In this document: positions 28,596 to 38,702 of the stretch, piece after piece
Position numbering within the stretch: position 1 is the stretch's first letter
Layout of the letters: each line of letters begins with the position of its first letter
DNA from: a virus
DNA: 64,000 nt
Virus record (IMG/VR): IMGVR_UViG_3300047564_002169
Coordinates: 34,587 to 98,586 of that record
Strand: one strand, 5' to 3'
Notes under the pieces: generated by a model
What the model was told of the DNA's origin: nothing
Database searches by the model: none
Seen by the model: only the letters and a program-made list of their open reading frames with translations
Position numbers and translations under genes: made by a program

Positions 28596-28909
28596 AACCA
28601 GGAAGTATTATAGTATTTAAATTGGTTAGTGGTGAGGAAATGATTGCGGAAATTTTTAACGTGTCTGATTCTCATTATGATGTAAAAAACCCGTCAGTTA
28701 TTATGCTGCAGAGAACTGAACACGGCGTTGGTGTTGCATTAATGCCGTACATGCCATATTGCGATGGCGCTGTTACGTTTTACAAACAATCAATAGTCGC
28801 GCTCGCCGAACCTAGCCAGAATATGATCAATGAATATAATAGATTATATGGATCCGGCATTCAAGTAGCACCAGCTTCGGCTCTCGCCGGTCTACATCTA
28901 GCGTCTTAA
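28592..28909 (+). CDS. Conserved Sm-like hypothetical protein
   Basis: KLVSGEE.IAE, L.PY.PY, Y...YGSGI; commonly found between hsp20 and the polymerase region in T4-like phages. Confidence 0.75.
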   Translation: MKPGSIIVFKLVSGEEMIAEIFNVSDSHYDVKNPSVIMLQRTEHGVGVALMPYMPYCDGAVTFYKQSIVALAEPSQNMINEYNRLYGSGIQVAPASALAGLHLAS

Positions 28910-28935
28910 CGGCTTAAAATAATAGCTTTATCCAT

Positions 28936-29038
28936 AAACCTTCTCTAGTAGAAGGTTTTCATGCTTCTAAACCCTTGTATTTACAGGGATTTCAGCCTCC
29001 AGAAAGTTGTTGCCTTTAATTGTGAATTAAAGTATAAT
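28936..29038 (+). promoter_or_regulatory. Two palindromes plus early promoter
   Basis: AAACCTTCT-CTAGT-AGAAGGTTT, CCCTTGTA-TT-TACAGGG, then TTGCCT-17-TATAAT (29010-29038). Confidence 0.75.
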
Positions 29039-29105
29039 ATAGTTATAATGAGATAGGAAATATAATTTTGTGTTAACAGTTTGTTATCAGTTGAGGCGAT
29101 AAACT

Positions 29106-29471
29106 ATGATCCTTGTTAAAGAAATTACATCAGATTGGGTTGGAGTTGTGCGCCCTCCCAATCACACATATTTGATGGATGATAGAATGACTTCCGTGAT
29201 TGGTTACTTCAAACAGCATAATCCAAATACCTTTCATTTGCTTAAAAACCCTCTGACCATAGACACCCGACGCCGTAAATTTAAAGTGTTGCAGACCGGC
29301 TATAAATTTGTGGGCGATAAAGAAGCCGCGCCACACTGGGTGATTGAAGGCTCCAGTGGTCACAAATATGTTGTCTCGCAAGATAAAATGGGGTATAATT
29401 GTTCCTGCGTTGGATTCAAATATCACGGTAAGTGCAAACATATTGATGGGGTTGTGAATGAACTTAAATGA
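29106..29471 (+). CDS. SWIM zinc-finger protein
   Basis: GSSG..Y.V......CSC.GF.....CKH. Confidence 0.85.
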   Translation: MILVKEITSDWVGVVRPPNHTYLMDDRMTSVIGYFKQHNPNTFHLLKNPLTIDTRRRKFKVLQTGYKFVGDKEAAPHWVIEGSSGHKYVVSQDKMGYNCSCVGFKYHGKCKHIDGVVNELK

Positions 29472-30765
29472 ATTTTTTAACGATCTTGCGGCAAACAGTT
29501 CTCGTAACTATAAAATCGAACAACTGGAAAAAAATCGTGACAACCAACTGCTCATGCACGTTGTGCGATTGGCTCTTGATCCATTCACTCAATTCTATCA
29601 GCGTAAGATTCCATCGTACACTCCAGCGAAAGCTAATCAGGCTGACTCACTGGGTGCTGTGATGGATAGCTTGTACATGTTATTCAGTCGTGAAGTGACA
29701 GGTAATGCTGCAATCGAATACCTAACCAAACTTCTTAGCTCACTTACTGAAGATGATGCTAAGGTTCTTGAACGAATTATTCAAAAGGATTTGAAATGTG
29801 GGGTGCAAGTATCTACAGCAAACGCAGTTTGGACTGGCTTGGTGAACGAATATCCGGTTATGTTGTGCAGCCAGTTCGAACAGAAACTCGTGGACAAAAT
29901 TCAGTTTCCAGCATACGCGCAGCTAAAGATGGACGGGATGCGCTTCAACGCTATCGTCAGAAGTGGTAAGGTAGAATTTCGTAGCAGAAATGGTAAAGAG
30001 ATTCTACTTCTGGGTAATCTCGAGAAAGAATTTGCTGCTCTTGCTGGTGATGTTGATTGCGTGTTTGATGGTGAACTTATGGTTATGGATCCTGATGGAT
30101 ACCAATTCCTAGATCGTCAAACGGGTAATGGTATTCTTAATAAAGCGAACAAAGGTACAATCTCTACCAAAGAAGCTGCTATGGTGCACGCCACTGTTTG
30201 GGATGTGATTCCATATATTTATTTTGTTGAAGGTCACTGCCCCATTCCTTACAGTACTAGGTTTGCCACTGTTAAAACATTGATCGAGAAACAACCTAGT
30301 GAAGATAAAAAGATTTGGTTGGTGACTAGCGATGTTGTCAATACGCTTGATGATGCAAAAGAAATATTTGAAAAATACCTTGCAGAAGGGCTTGAAGGTA
30401 TCATTCTGAAAGACGGCTCTGGTGTTTGGGAAGATAAACGCGCGAAACATCAAATCAAATTCAAAGGTGAGTTGGAATGCGACCTCAAGATTGTTGCAGT
30501 TGAAGAAGGTGCTGGCAAATATGCAGGAATGCTTGGGGCAATTATTTGCGAGTCGGCTGATGGTGTTGTGAAGGTTAATGTTGGGTCTGGGTTCACCGAT
30601 GATCATCGCAAGAATATGGGAAAAGAAATAATTGGTAAAATAGTTGCGGTGAAGTATAATATGAGAATCAAAAATAAGCAAGGTGAAGAAAGTCTGTTTC
30701 TTCCAATATTTGTAGAAATTCGTGATGATAAAGATGTCGCAGACTCTAGTGGAGATATCAAATGA
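29458..30765 (+). CDS. gp30: ATP-dependent DNA ligase
   Basis: KMDGMR motif I, FDGEL, EGIILK, K.K, VGSGF, LFLPIF. Confidence 0.96.
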   Translation: MNLNEFFNDLAANSSRNYKIEQLEKNRDNQLLMHVVRLALDPFTQFYQRKIPSYTPAKANQADSLGAVMDSLYMLFSREVTGNAAIEYLTKLLSSLTEDDAKVLERIIQKDLKCGVQVSTANAVWTGLVNEYPVMLCSQFEQKLVDKIQFPAYAQLKMDGMRFNAIVRSGKVEFRSRNGKEILLLGNLEKEFAALAGDVDCVFDGELMVMDPDGYQFLDRQTGNGILNKANKGTISTKEAAMVHATVWDVIPYIYFVEGHCPIPYSTRFATVKTLIEKQPSEDKKIWLVTSDVVNTLDDAKEIFEKYLAEGLEGIILKDGSGVWEDKRAKHQIKFKGELECDLKIVAVEEGAGKYAGMLGAIICESADGVVKVNVGSGFTDDHRKNMGKEIIGKIVAVKYNMRIKNKQGEESLFLPIFVEIRDDKDVADSSGDIK

Positions 30766-31001
30766 TTTTAAATAAACCGCAGAAACGATTTTTTGATCCG
30801 CAATCAAAGAAAGACATGATGGTCGCTAAAATGTTTTTCAAATCTCATACATGGGGTGACGGTGGGTGTCCTTTCTTTTTGGAATTTCCTTATAGCACAG
30901 TTCCGGATATGATGAAGGATAAAATAATTCACAAAGCATTTGCGATGACGTTTGATAAGTTTCACCATGTTTACGGAGATGATCATGAAAGTGGTAATTA
31001 A
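30762..31001 (+). CDS. Hypothetical protein
   Basis: FDP....D, W..GGCPF.LE.PY..VP motif; ATGA coupling. Confidence 0.65.
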   Translation: MILNKPQKRFFDPQSKKDMMVAKMFFKSHTWGDGGCPFFLEFPYSTVPDMMKDKIIHKAFAMTFDKFHHVYGDDHESGN

Positions 31002-31404
31002 TAATTGTTATGGCGGCTTCTCTCTTTCAAAAGAAGCCTGTCAAAGATATTTTGATATCAAAGGGCAACAAGTTTGGATAGAAGATGATACCCATTCTAA
31101 TTTTTTTACTGTTTGGTTAGTCTCGCCAGAGAATAGAATGGTTCTAAGAAAAAATAACTTCTATGAAATGTCTATGGAAGATCGTAAATCATACAACAAA
31201 CAGTATTCAGAACAGACTTGGCATTTTTCTGATGTGAACCGCGCAGACCCTATACTCGTTCAAGTTGTTGAAGAACTTGGGAAATCTGCAGCTGGTCGCC
31301 ACTCTAATCTAAAAATTGTACAAATTCCTGATGGTGTTCAGTGGACGATTGACGAGTATGATGGCAATGAACATGTGGCTGAAGTTCATCGCACTTGGAG
31401 TTAA
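30985..31404 (+). CDS. Conserved phage hypothetical protein
   Basis: KVVIN.CYGGFSLS...R.DP.LVQVVEELG...IP....W.I.EYDG.E...E.HR.W. Confidence 0.75.
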   Translation: MKVVINNCYGGFSLSKEACQRYFDIKGQQVWIEDDTHSNFFTVWLVSPENRMVLRKNNFYEMSMEDRKSYNKQYSEQTWHFSDVNRADPILVQVVEELGKSAAGRHSNLKIVQIPDGVQWTIDEYDGNEHVAEVHRTWS

Positions 31405-31475
31405 TAATTAACAGACTTGAAGCGCATGAAGCAGAATACTGATAAAATGTGTTAAGACAAAAATCGGAGAAGACA

Positions 31476-31784
31476 ATGAGTAAATTGGTATTAGTTGAAA
31501 CAGTTTCTATGTTTCGTATGCGATATATGATCGAAACTCCTGATGATCACCCTGAAGATGCGATTGATGCAGTGATGATCGAAGACGCGAAAGAGTTTTC
31601 TCAGAAGTGGGTTGGTGAGACAGTTGTGAGTCATCGCGTTTTGACTGAAGATGAAGCACTAAATCTTTGTGATGTAGATAATGAATACTTAAAATCGTGG
31701 ACAACTGAACAGAAGAAAACAAGTCTGTTCACTACCTTGCGCGACCAAGAATATGGGGATCATCCAGATTCTTACAATAAATGA
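31476..31784 (+). CDS. Hypothetical protein
   Basis: GGAG SD; LVETVS.FRMRY, EFSQ...GE..VSHR. Confidence 0.7.
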   Translation: MSKLVLVETVSMFRMRYMIETPDDHPEDAIDAVMIEDAKEFSQKWVGETVVSHRVLTEDEALNLCDVDNEYLKSWTTEQKKTSLFTTLRDQEYGDHPDSYNK

Positions 31785-31837
31785 CGGTTATTAAAAACGC
31801 ATTCGATCTTTTATAATAAGCGTTTGGGAGAATTAAA

Positions 31838-32413
31838 ATTTTTATATTCGACGTAGAAACTTTGGGAGTAGAATCCAATGCTGTCGTTTTATCGGCAGCA
31901 TTGATTCATTTTGATCCAGAATCGCAACCCACCTACCAAGATCTTTTAGACGCTGCGTGTTTTGTCAAATTTAATGCCAAACAACAGATGGATTCCGGTC
32001 GCACGGTTTCCAAATCTACTCTACAGTGGTGGAAAACACAACATGAATATGTGCGCAAAGTTTCTCTTGAGCCTAGTCATGAAGATGTTTCTGTTGAAAC
32101 TGGAATGCAAATGTTCTACGATTACATGGCGAAGTACCCAAATGCAAAATCGCAAACTATGTGGGCACGAGGCTCGCTCGACCAACTCGCGATTGATTCT
32201 CTCGCAGTTAAATTTGGCTTAGAAGAAATTACAGGGTATAATGTATGGCGTGATGTGAGAACTGCTATTGATATTTTGTATGGCACTTCCAATGGCTATG
32301 TAGACGTAGAGCACCCTCTCTTCTTGAGGCATGAAGTTATTAAACATATGCCCGTACATGATGCGGCTTATGACGCAATGATGCTTATGTACGGAGTTCC
32401 TTACAAGAATTAA
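31838..32413 (+). CDS. DEDDh 3'-5' exonuclease (DexA-like), apparent ATT start
   Basis: FIFDVETLG (ExoI), WARG..D, RDVRT, H....D..YD (ExoIII); ExoI lies upstream of the TTG at 31862. Confidence 0.85.
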   Translation: MFIFDVETLGVESNAVVLSAALIHFDPESQPTYQDLLDAACFVKFNAKQQMDSGRTVSKSTLQWWKTQHEYVRKVSLEPSHEDVSVETGMQMFYDYMAKYPNAKSQTMWARGSLDQLAIDSLAVKFGLEEITGYNVWRDVRTAIDILYGTSNGYVDVEHPLFLRHEVIKHMPVHDAAYDAMMLMYGVPYKN

Positions 32414-33041
32414 AATGAAACCTAATCATAGTCGGCTTTCCTCCTGTCTTACCGCAGTGTGGGCAAGTTACCGCTGGTTTGGGGTTTCTTAATTTCTGCT
32501 TATGTTCTTCTGAGAAAACTCTACCTCTTAAGTATTCGCTAATCTTGCGCTGTCTTTCAATAATTGCTTCTGAAGTCATATTCTCTTTGAAGTTTTTACC
32601 ATACATAGGATTCTTTTCTCCAGATACATTTTCGCTTATTTTTTTACGCGTTTCTGGAGAAGATGGAATTCCTCTGTTTGTTGCAGGTTTACCTGTTCTT
32701 TGATTGTTCTTTTTAATTTTGGCTTTGGATTCTTCAGTGTGCGTCATGCCATAAACACCATCTCCTCCATCAGTCAGATTTATGAGAATACCAGAACCGA
32801 CATTTTTACGACCATACCAACGGATATAAAATCTTTCTAATGCTAAAGAACCAAGTTCAGTTAAGTTTGTTTCTAGAATTGCAATTCTATGTATATCTTT
32901 GGGAATAGGTAAAAATTTGCGATGAATCGCCCATGCTCTTGTACCTTTACCTTTACCGATGTAGTAAGGCGTACCGTCTTCTCTGAGGTAGGCGTAAACG
33001 TAAAATCCTGGTGGAATGTTATTTCTACTATAAATATTCAT
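32385..33041 (-). mobile_element. Free-standing GIY-YIG/NUMOD3 homing endonuclease gene
   Basis: [32 protein letters not shown]3-like HTEESKAKI repeats, CPHCGK; the only clearly real minus-strand gene; start ATG 33041 with SD AAGGAG. Confidence 0.9.
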
Positions 33042-33105
33042 GCTGATACTCCTTAACAGTATTAGAGTCCTTGGAGATTGCCGTCTCGTGAAGGACACTT
33101 TTATT

Positions 33106-33134
33106 TTGACATTACCCATCCCTTAGGGTATAAT
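33106..33134 (+). promoter_or_regulatory. Consensus sigma70 promoter for gp43
   Basis: TTGACA-17-TATAAT. Confidence 0.9.
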
Positions 33135-33162
33135 AGTATTTATTATATTTGGAGTTTCAATT

Positions 33163-35661
33163 TTGGAATTTTACACATCTGCACAATCCTGGGGCGACAA
33201 AATCCTCGTTCGAGGTTATGAAAACGGTAGACCGTATATGCGTAGGGTAGATTTCTACCCTACGCTTTTTGTCACGTCTAAAGAACCAAGCACATATAGT
33301 ACTCTTGAAGGTCAATGGGTGGATGAAGTTAAACCTGGAACCATCAAAGAAACAAAAGAATTTGTTAAAAAGTACGAGGATGTGGCAGGGTTTGCTATCT
33401 ACGGTAACACCAATTATGCATACCAGTACATCAGCGATACATATCAAGATGATGTCAACTGGGACATGGAACAGATCAAAGTCTTTACAATTGACATCGA
33501 GACTGAAACCGAGTATGGTTTTCCAGATATCCGTAGCGCCAACGAAGAAGTTTTGCTAATCACTGTCAAAGATCTTATTCAGAAAAAGATCGTTACATTT
33601 GCTCAAACAAAATATGGTGTGTATAACACTCAGCGTAAAAATGTTACGATGATTAACTGTCGTGACGAGCAACAACTTCTTAAAGAGTTTATGATATGGT
33701 GGCAACAAAACTATCCAGATGTAATCACTGGATGGAACACCGACTTCTTCGATGCACCCTATCTCATCAAGAGAATCTATAACCAACTTGGAGAGGCGTT
33801 TGCCAAGAAGATTAGCCCATGGGGTATCATCAACGAACGCAATACATTTATCAAGGGTAGTGAAGAACTGCACTACGATATTTCTGGTATTAGTCAGCTT
33901 GATTATCTGCAGTTGTATAAAAAGTATACCTACACAAAACAAGAATCTTATCGTCTTGACTACATCGCTCAAGAAGAACTAGGTGACAAGAAGAAAGAAA
34001 ATCCTGGAACAGATTTCCGTGATTTCTATACCAATTATTGGGACCATTTCGTTGAGTATAACATTCATGACGCAGAGTTGGTTGACCAACTTGAAGACAA
34101 GATGCGTCTGCTTGAACTGCATCTAACTATGGCATACAATGCCAAGATTAATTTCGAGGATGTTTATTCACAGGTTCGTATGTGGGATACGATTATCTAC
34201 AATCACCTACGTAAGAAGAACATTGTGATTCCAATGAAGGTTTCTAATGGTGGTAAGTTTGAGCAATTCGAAGGCGCTTATGTTAAAGATCCAATCATTG
34301 GTCAACATAAGTGGATGGCATCTTTTGATTTGAACAGCCTATATCCGCACTTGATTATGCAGTATAACATCAGTCCAGAAACTTTGACTAGCGAGAAACT
34401 CTCCGTGACTGTTGATAAACTGCTCAACAAAGAGATTGATACATCTCACGCAAAACAGAGAGATCTTTGCCTCACTGCTAATGGTTGGACATATCGCAAA
34501 GACATCAAAGGATTTATGCCTGAGTTGATGGAACAGATGTACGTCAACCGTAGTAAGTATAAGAAGCAGATGTTGAAGGTTGAACAAGAATATCAAAATG
34601 ACAAAAGCAAGAAGCACTTATTGAAAGAAATTAGCAGACTGAACAACCTGCAGATGGCTATGAAGATTGCGCTGAACTCAGCTTACGGCGCAATGGGTAA
34701 CCAATATTTTCGTTACTTTGATATCCGTATGGCTGAGGGTATTACCACTTCTGGTCAATTGTCAATCCGTTGGATGGCAAACAAACTTAATGCCATGCTT
34801 AACAAGACGCTTAAAACTCAAGACAGAGACTTTGTTGTGGCGATTGACACTGACTCGATCTATCTGACGTTGGAAGAACTTGTCGAGAAAGTTGTCAAGG
34901 ATAAAGATACCGAAGGTAAGATCAAATACATGGACCGTATTTGTGAAGAGGTAATTCAACCATTCATCGACCAAGGTTATCAAGAGTTGGCTGAGTATAT
35001 GAATGCTTACTCGCAGAAGATGCAGATGAAGCGAGAGGTTCTAGCTGATAAAGCTATTTGGACGGCAAAGAAACGCTATGTTATTAATGTGCATAATTCT
35101 GAAGGTGTTCAGTATGCAAAACCTAAAGTGAAAGTCATGGGGTTGGAGATGGTTAAGTCTTCAACTCCAGCTGTCATTCGCGATAAGTTGCGCGACTCAC
35201 TGCAGGTTATTCTTCATGGAACAGAGAAAGACCTTCACAAGTATGTCATGTCGTTTAAACAAGAATTTGACAAAATGCCAGTGGAAGATATTGCGTTTCC
35301 CCGTTCTTGTAATGGGCTAAAAACCTATGCTGGTACTCCGATCTATGTTAAAGGCACCCCCATTCAAGTTCGTGGCGCGTTGCTTTACAATCATCACCTG
35401 AAGCGTCTTGGATTGAATAAAAAGTATCAAGCAATTCGTGATGGTGATAAGATTAAGTTTGTTTATCTGAGAACACCAAATCCAATTCAGGAAGATGTTA
35501 TTGCATTCAGCCAGAGACTGCCGAAAGAACTAAATTTAGAAGCATACATAGATTACGATAAACAATTTGAAAAGGTTTTCCTTGATGCTTTACAAATTGT
35601 CATCGAATCGCTGGGGTGGAAAACACAAGAGGAAACTTCTTTGGAAGACTTCTTTGGATAA
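33163..35661 (+). CDS. gp43: Family B DNA polymerase
   Basis: DIET exonuclease, SFDLNSLYP, KIALNSAYG, DTDS; C-terminal clamp peptide SLEDFFG; TTG start. Confidence 0.98.
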   Translation: MEFYTSAQSWGDKILVRGYENGRPYMRRVDFYPTLFVTSKEPSTYSTLEGQWVDEVKPGTIKETKEFVKKYEDVAGFAIYGNTNYAYQYISDTYQDDVNWDMEQIKVFTIDIETETEYGFPDIRSANEEVLLITVKDLIQKKIVTFAQTKYGVYNTQRKNVTMINCRDEQQLLKEFMIWWQQNYPDVITGWNTDFFDAPYLIKRIYNQLGEAFAKKISPWGIINERNTFIKGSEELHYDISGISQLDYLQLYKKYTYTKQESYRLDYIAQEELGDKKKENPGTDFRDFYTNYWDHFVEYNIHDAELVDQLEDKMRLLELHLTMAYNAKINFEDVYSQVRMWDTIIYNHLRKKNIVIPMKVSNGGKFEQFEGAYVKDPIIGQHKWMASFDLNSLYPHLIMQYNISPETLTSEKLSVTVDKLLNKEIDTSHAKQRDLCLTANGWTYRKDIKGFMPELMEQMYVNRSKYKKQMLKVEQEYQNDKSKKHLLKEISRLNNLQMAMKIALNSAYGAMGNQYFRYFDIRMAEGITTSGQLSIRWMANKLNAMLNKTLKTQDRDFVVAIDTDSIYLTLEELVEKVVKDKDTEGKIKYMDRICEEVIQPFIDQGYQELAEYMNAYSQKMQMKREVLADKAIWTAKKRYVINVHNSEGVQYAKPKVKVMGLEMVKSSTPAVIRDKLRDSLQVILHGTEKDLHKYVMSFKQEFDKMPVEDIAFPRSCNGLKTYAGTPIYVKGTPIQVRGALLYNHHLKRLGLNKKYQAIRDGDKIKFVYLRTPNPIQEDVIAFSQRLPKELNLEAYIDYDKQFEKVFLDALQIVIESLGWKTQEETSLEDFFG

Positions 35662-35702
35662 ATTTGCTTTGTAACAATAACTGTTGTATAATAGGAGTAC
35701 AT

Positions 35703-35954
35703 ATGAAAGTACTAAAGTTTTATGCGGAATGGTGTGGACCGTGCAAAGAATTGACGCAAATCATTAAACAAGCAGGTGATAAAATCACGGTTCCAATTGA
35801 AAATGTGAACATTAATGATAATATTTTTATGATTCAAACATTTCAAATCAATTCTGTACCTACTATGGTTCTCGTTGATGATAAAGAAAATGAAATCAGA
35901 CGACGCGTTGGTCTAATCAATGAAGAAAAATTACTAGAGTTTTTGAAAGGCTAA
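35703..35954 (+). CDS. Thioredoxin-like protein
   Basis: WCGPCK and SVPT; preceded by TTGCTT-17-TATAAT (35664-35692). Confidence 0.9.
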   Translation: MKVLKFYAEWCGPCKELTQIIKQAGDKITVPIENVNINDNIFMIQTFQINSVPTMVLVDDKENEIRRRVGLINEEKLLEFLKG

Positions 35955-35955
35955 T

Positions 35956-37029
35956 ATGAGTATTTTAGATAAGATTAAAAAGAATAGCACCATTAAAGAT
36001 TCAGCGATTCTTTCTGAATCAAAATTCTTCAAGAAGAAGGATATGATTCCTACTTCTGTTCCGATCATCAACGTGGCTTTGTCTGGTCGTTTGGACGGTG
36101 GGTTAACCCCAGGAATTACAATGTGGGCTGGTCCAAGTAAACATTTTAAAACAGCATTCTCTTTGTTGATGGCGAAGTCCTACATGGACAAGTATGAAGA
36201 CGCTGCTCTTTTATTTTATGACTCTGAGTTCGGTACTCCGCAGTCTTATTTTGACACTTTCGGTATTGACACCAAACGAGTTGTTCATACCCCATTGACT
36301 GACGTTGAGCAATTGAAGTTTGATATCATGCAACAATTGCAAAACGTAGAACGCGGTGACCATCTCATTATTGTTATTGATTCTATCGGAAACCTTGCGT
36401 CTAAGAAAGAAGTTGAGGATGCGCTGGAAGGTAAGTCTGCGGCAGACATGACTCGCGCAAAACAAATGAAGTCGTTATTTCGAATGATCACACCCCATTT
36501 GAATCTTAAAGACATTCCATTGGTTGTAGTCAATCATACATATATGGAAATTGGTATGTTTCCCAAAGCTATCGTCGGCGGGGGAACTGGTGCGATGTAT
36601 TCGGCTGACAATGTTTATATTCTTGGTCGTCAACAAGAAAAAGAAGGAACAGAAATTGTTGGTTACAATTTTATCATCAACGTAGAAAAGAGCCGTTATG
36701 TTAAAGAAAAATCTAAAATTCCTGTTAGCGTATCTTTTGATGGTGGTCTTAGTAAGTGGAGCGGCTTATTGGATCTCGCTCTTGAATCCAAGCATGTGAT
36801 CAAACCAAGTAATGGGTGGTATTCCAAATGTGATCCCGATACTGGTGAAGTAGAAGATAAGAAATATCGTATTAAAGAAACAGAAACAAAGGATTTCTGG
36901 ATGAGTATTCTAACAAGCAAATCATTTTATGATTTTATTAAGAGTAAATACTCGATTGGTCAGAACGGGCAAATGTTGCAAGAAGATGACCTGAATAAAG
37001 CATTAGAGGATTTGGAATTTGATGAGTGA
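35956..37029 (+). CDS. uvsX: RecA-like recombinase
   Basis: GPSKHFKT, YDSEFG, IDSIGNLAS, GGGTG..YSAD. Confidence 0.96.
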   Translation: MSILDKIKKNSTIKDSAILSESKFFKKKDMIPTSVPIINVALSGRLDGGLTPGITMWAGPSKHFKTAFSLLMAKSYMDKYEDAALLFYDSEFGTPQSYFDTFGIDTKRVVHTPLTDVEQLKFDIMQQLQNVERGDHLIIVIDSIGNLASKKEVEDALEGKSAADMTRAKQMKSLFRMITPHLNLKDIPLVVVNHTYMEIGMFPKAIVGGGTGAMYSADNVYILGRQQEKEGTEIVGYNFIINVEKSRYVKEKSKIPVSVSFDGGLSKWSGLLDLALESKHVIKPSNGWYSKCDPDTGEVEDKKYRIKETETKDFWMSILTSKSFYDFIKSKYSIGQNGQMLQEDDLNKALEDLEFDE

Positions 37030-37351
37030 TCATTATGTAATTCTTGAACATAAACACCATGGTCTGCAGACAATAAAATTGACTGCAGGACCATTTTCAG
37101 GTATAATCTATACTTACGGTAAGATTCAATTTCAGGAAGACGAACAACATGATTGTGTTCGTCTTAAGTTTCAATATGACATTATAGATTATGCTGATAA
37201 AGTTTTGCATGATGCGGCTAGTTTTGAGTCATACATAGGTAGTATTCTTGAAGAATTAATTTATATTGGCGTTAAAGAAAACAGTATTACATACACAGGT
37301 GGAATTGATGAGAATAGAGCAGAAGATTCTAACCAATCTTATACACGATGA
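37022..37351 (+). CDS. Hypothetical protein (T4 gp40 position)
   Basis: Between uvsX and gp41; G.F.GIIY.YG motif; contains a TTGACT-17-TATAAT promoter (37079-37107). Confidence 0.65.
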   Translation: MSDHYVILEHKHHGLQTIKLTAGPFSGIIYTYGKIQFQEDEQHDCVRLKFQYDIIDYADKVLHDAASFESYIGSILEELIYIGVKENSITYTGGIDENRAEDSNQSYTR

Positions 37352-38696
37352 GCAATATTGCCGGAAGGTGGTTCCTTTCATCAAGAAAGAATATTTTGCA
37401 GATAAAAAAGATTTAGTCGTAGCATCAGAGATTATTAAATTTTTTAACAAGTATAATAAAACTGCAACAAAAGAAATTCTTCAGATTGAAGTTCAAAACC
37501 GTAAAGATTTAACTGACAAAGAATTGGCTGATGTTATTCAGTTTATAGGTTCGTTGGAAAATCAACCTGTCAATCAAGACTGGATGCTCGAAAATACTGA
37601 GAAGTTTTGTAAGGATCGCGCAGTTTATAATGCGATCCTTAATTCTATTTCGATCATTGACGGACGAGATAAGGAACACACTAAAGATGCTATTCCTACT
37701 ATTTTATCTGATGCTCTTGCCGTGTCTTTTGATAGTCACGTCGGTCACGATTATCTTGATGACTACGAATCTCGTTATGAGTTTTACCATCGCGTTGAGG
37801 AGAAAATTGCTTTTGATTTGGAGATGTTTAACAAAATCACCAAAGGTGGATTGAGTAAGAAAACTCTGAACATCGCATTAGCTGGTACTGGCGTTGGAAA
37901 ATCTCTGTTCATGTGCCACGTTGCTGGTTCCTGTTTGACGCAAGGTAAAAATGTATTATACATAACGATGGAAATGGCAGAAGAACGAATCGCAGAACGT
38001 ATTGACGCGAACAAGTTGAATCTGACCATGGACGAACTGAAGGTGATAGACAAAGACATTTTTGACAATCGTATCGCTAAGATTCGCGAAAAAACTCAAG
38101 GTAAATTGATAATTAAGGAATATCCAACTGCCAGCGCACACGCTGGACATTTTCGAGCCTTGCTTGAAGAATTGAAATTAAAAAGAGAATTTACTCCTGA
38201 TATTATTTTCATTGACTATCTTAATATTTGCGCCAGCCAACGAATGAAGCAAGGTGCTAATGTAAACTCTTATACATATGTGAAGGCGATTGCTGAAGAA
38301 CTACGTGGTTTGGCAGTTGAATATAATGTACCGATTGTTAGCGCGACTCAAACAACTCGATCTGGATACACAAATTCAGACCCAGGGCTTGAGGATACTT
38401 CTGAATCTTTTGGTCTACCTGCCACAGCAGATTTCATGTTTGCGCTGGTCAGCAACGAAGAATTGCAATCATTGAATCAAATTATTGTTAAACAGTTAAA
38501 GAATCGTTACAATGATCCAAATTTCTATAAACGATTTGTGATAGGAATTGATAGAGCGAAGATGAAACTGTATGATGTTGAATCATCTGCGCAAGACAAT
38601 CTATCCGACGCGGGACAAGATGATGAGCCCATGTTTGATAAATCTTCATTCGGGCGCAGACAAAAAACAGAATCATTTGAGGGATTTAAGTTTTAG
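37308..38696 (+). CDS. gp41: Replicative DnaB-like helicase
   Basis: AGTGVGKS, ITMEMAEE, IDYLNIC, TSESFGLPATAD, KQLKNRY. Confidence 0.97.
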   Translation: MRIEQKILTNLIHDEQYCRKVVPFIKKEYFADKKDLVVASEIIKFFNKYNKTATKEILQIEVQNRKDLTDKELADVIQFIGSLENQPVNQDWMLENTEKFCKDRAVYNAILNSISIIDGRDKEHTKDAIPTILSDALAVSFDSHVGHDYLDDYESRYEFYHRVEEKIAFDLEMFNKITKGGLSKKTLNIALAGTGVGKSLFMCHVAGSCLTQGKNVLYITMEMAEERIAERIDANKLNLTMDELKVIDKDIFDNRIAKIREKTQGKLIIKEYPTASAHAGHFRALLEELKLKREFTPDIIFIDYLNICASQRMKQGANVNSYTYVKAIAEELRGLAVEYNVPIVSATQTTRSGYTNSDPGLEDTSESFGLPATADFMFALVSNEELQSLNQIIVKQLKNRYNDPNFYKRFVIGIDRAKMKLYDVESSAQDNLSDAGQDDEPMFDKSSFGRRQKTESFEGFKF

Positions 38697-38702
38697 GAGA
38701 AA

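Noticed and set aside
30109-30807. 232-aa minus-strand ORF, and the many other short antisense or alternate-frame ORFs in the track
   Set aside because: They lie wholly within well-supported + strand genes, lack SD and recognisable motifs, and look like shadow ORFs
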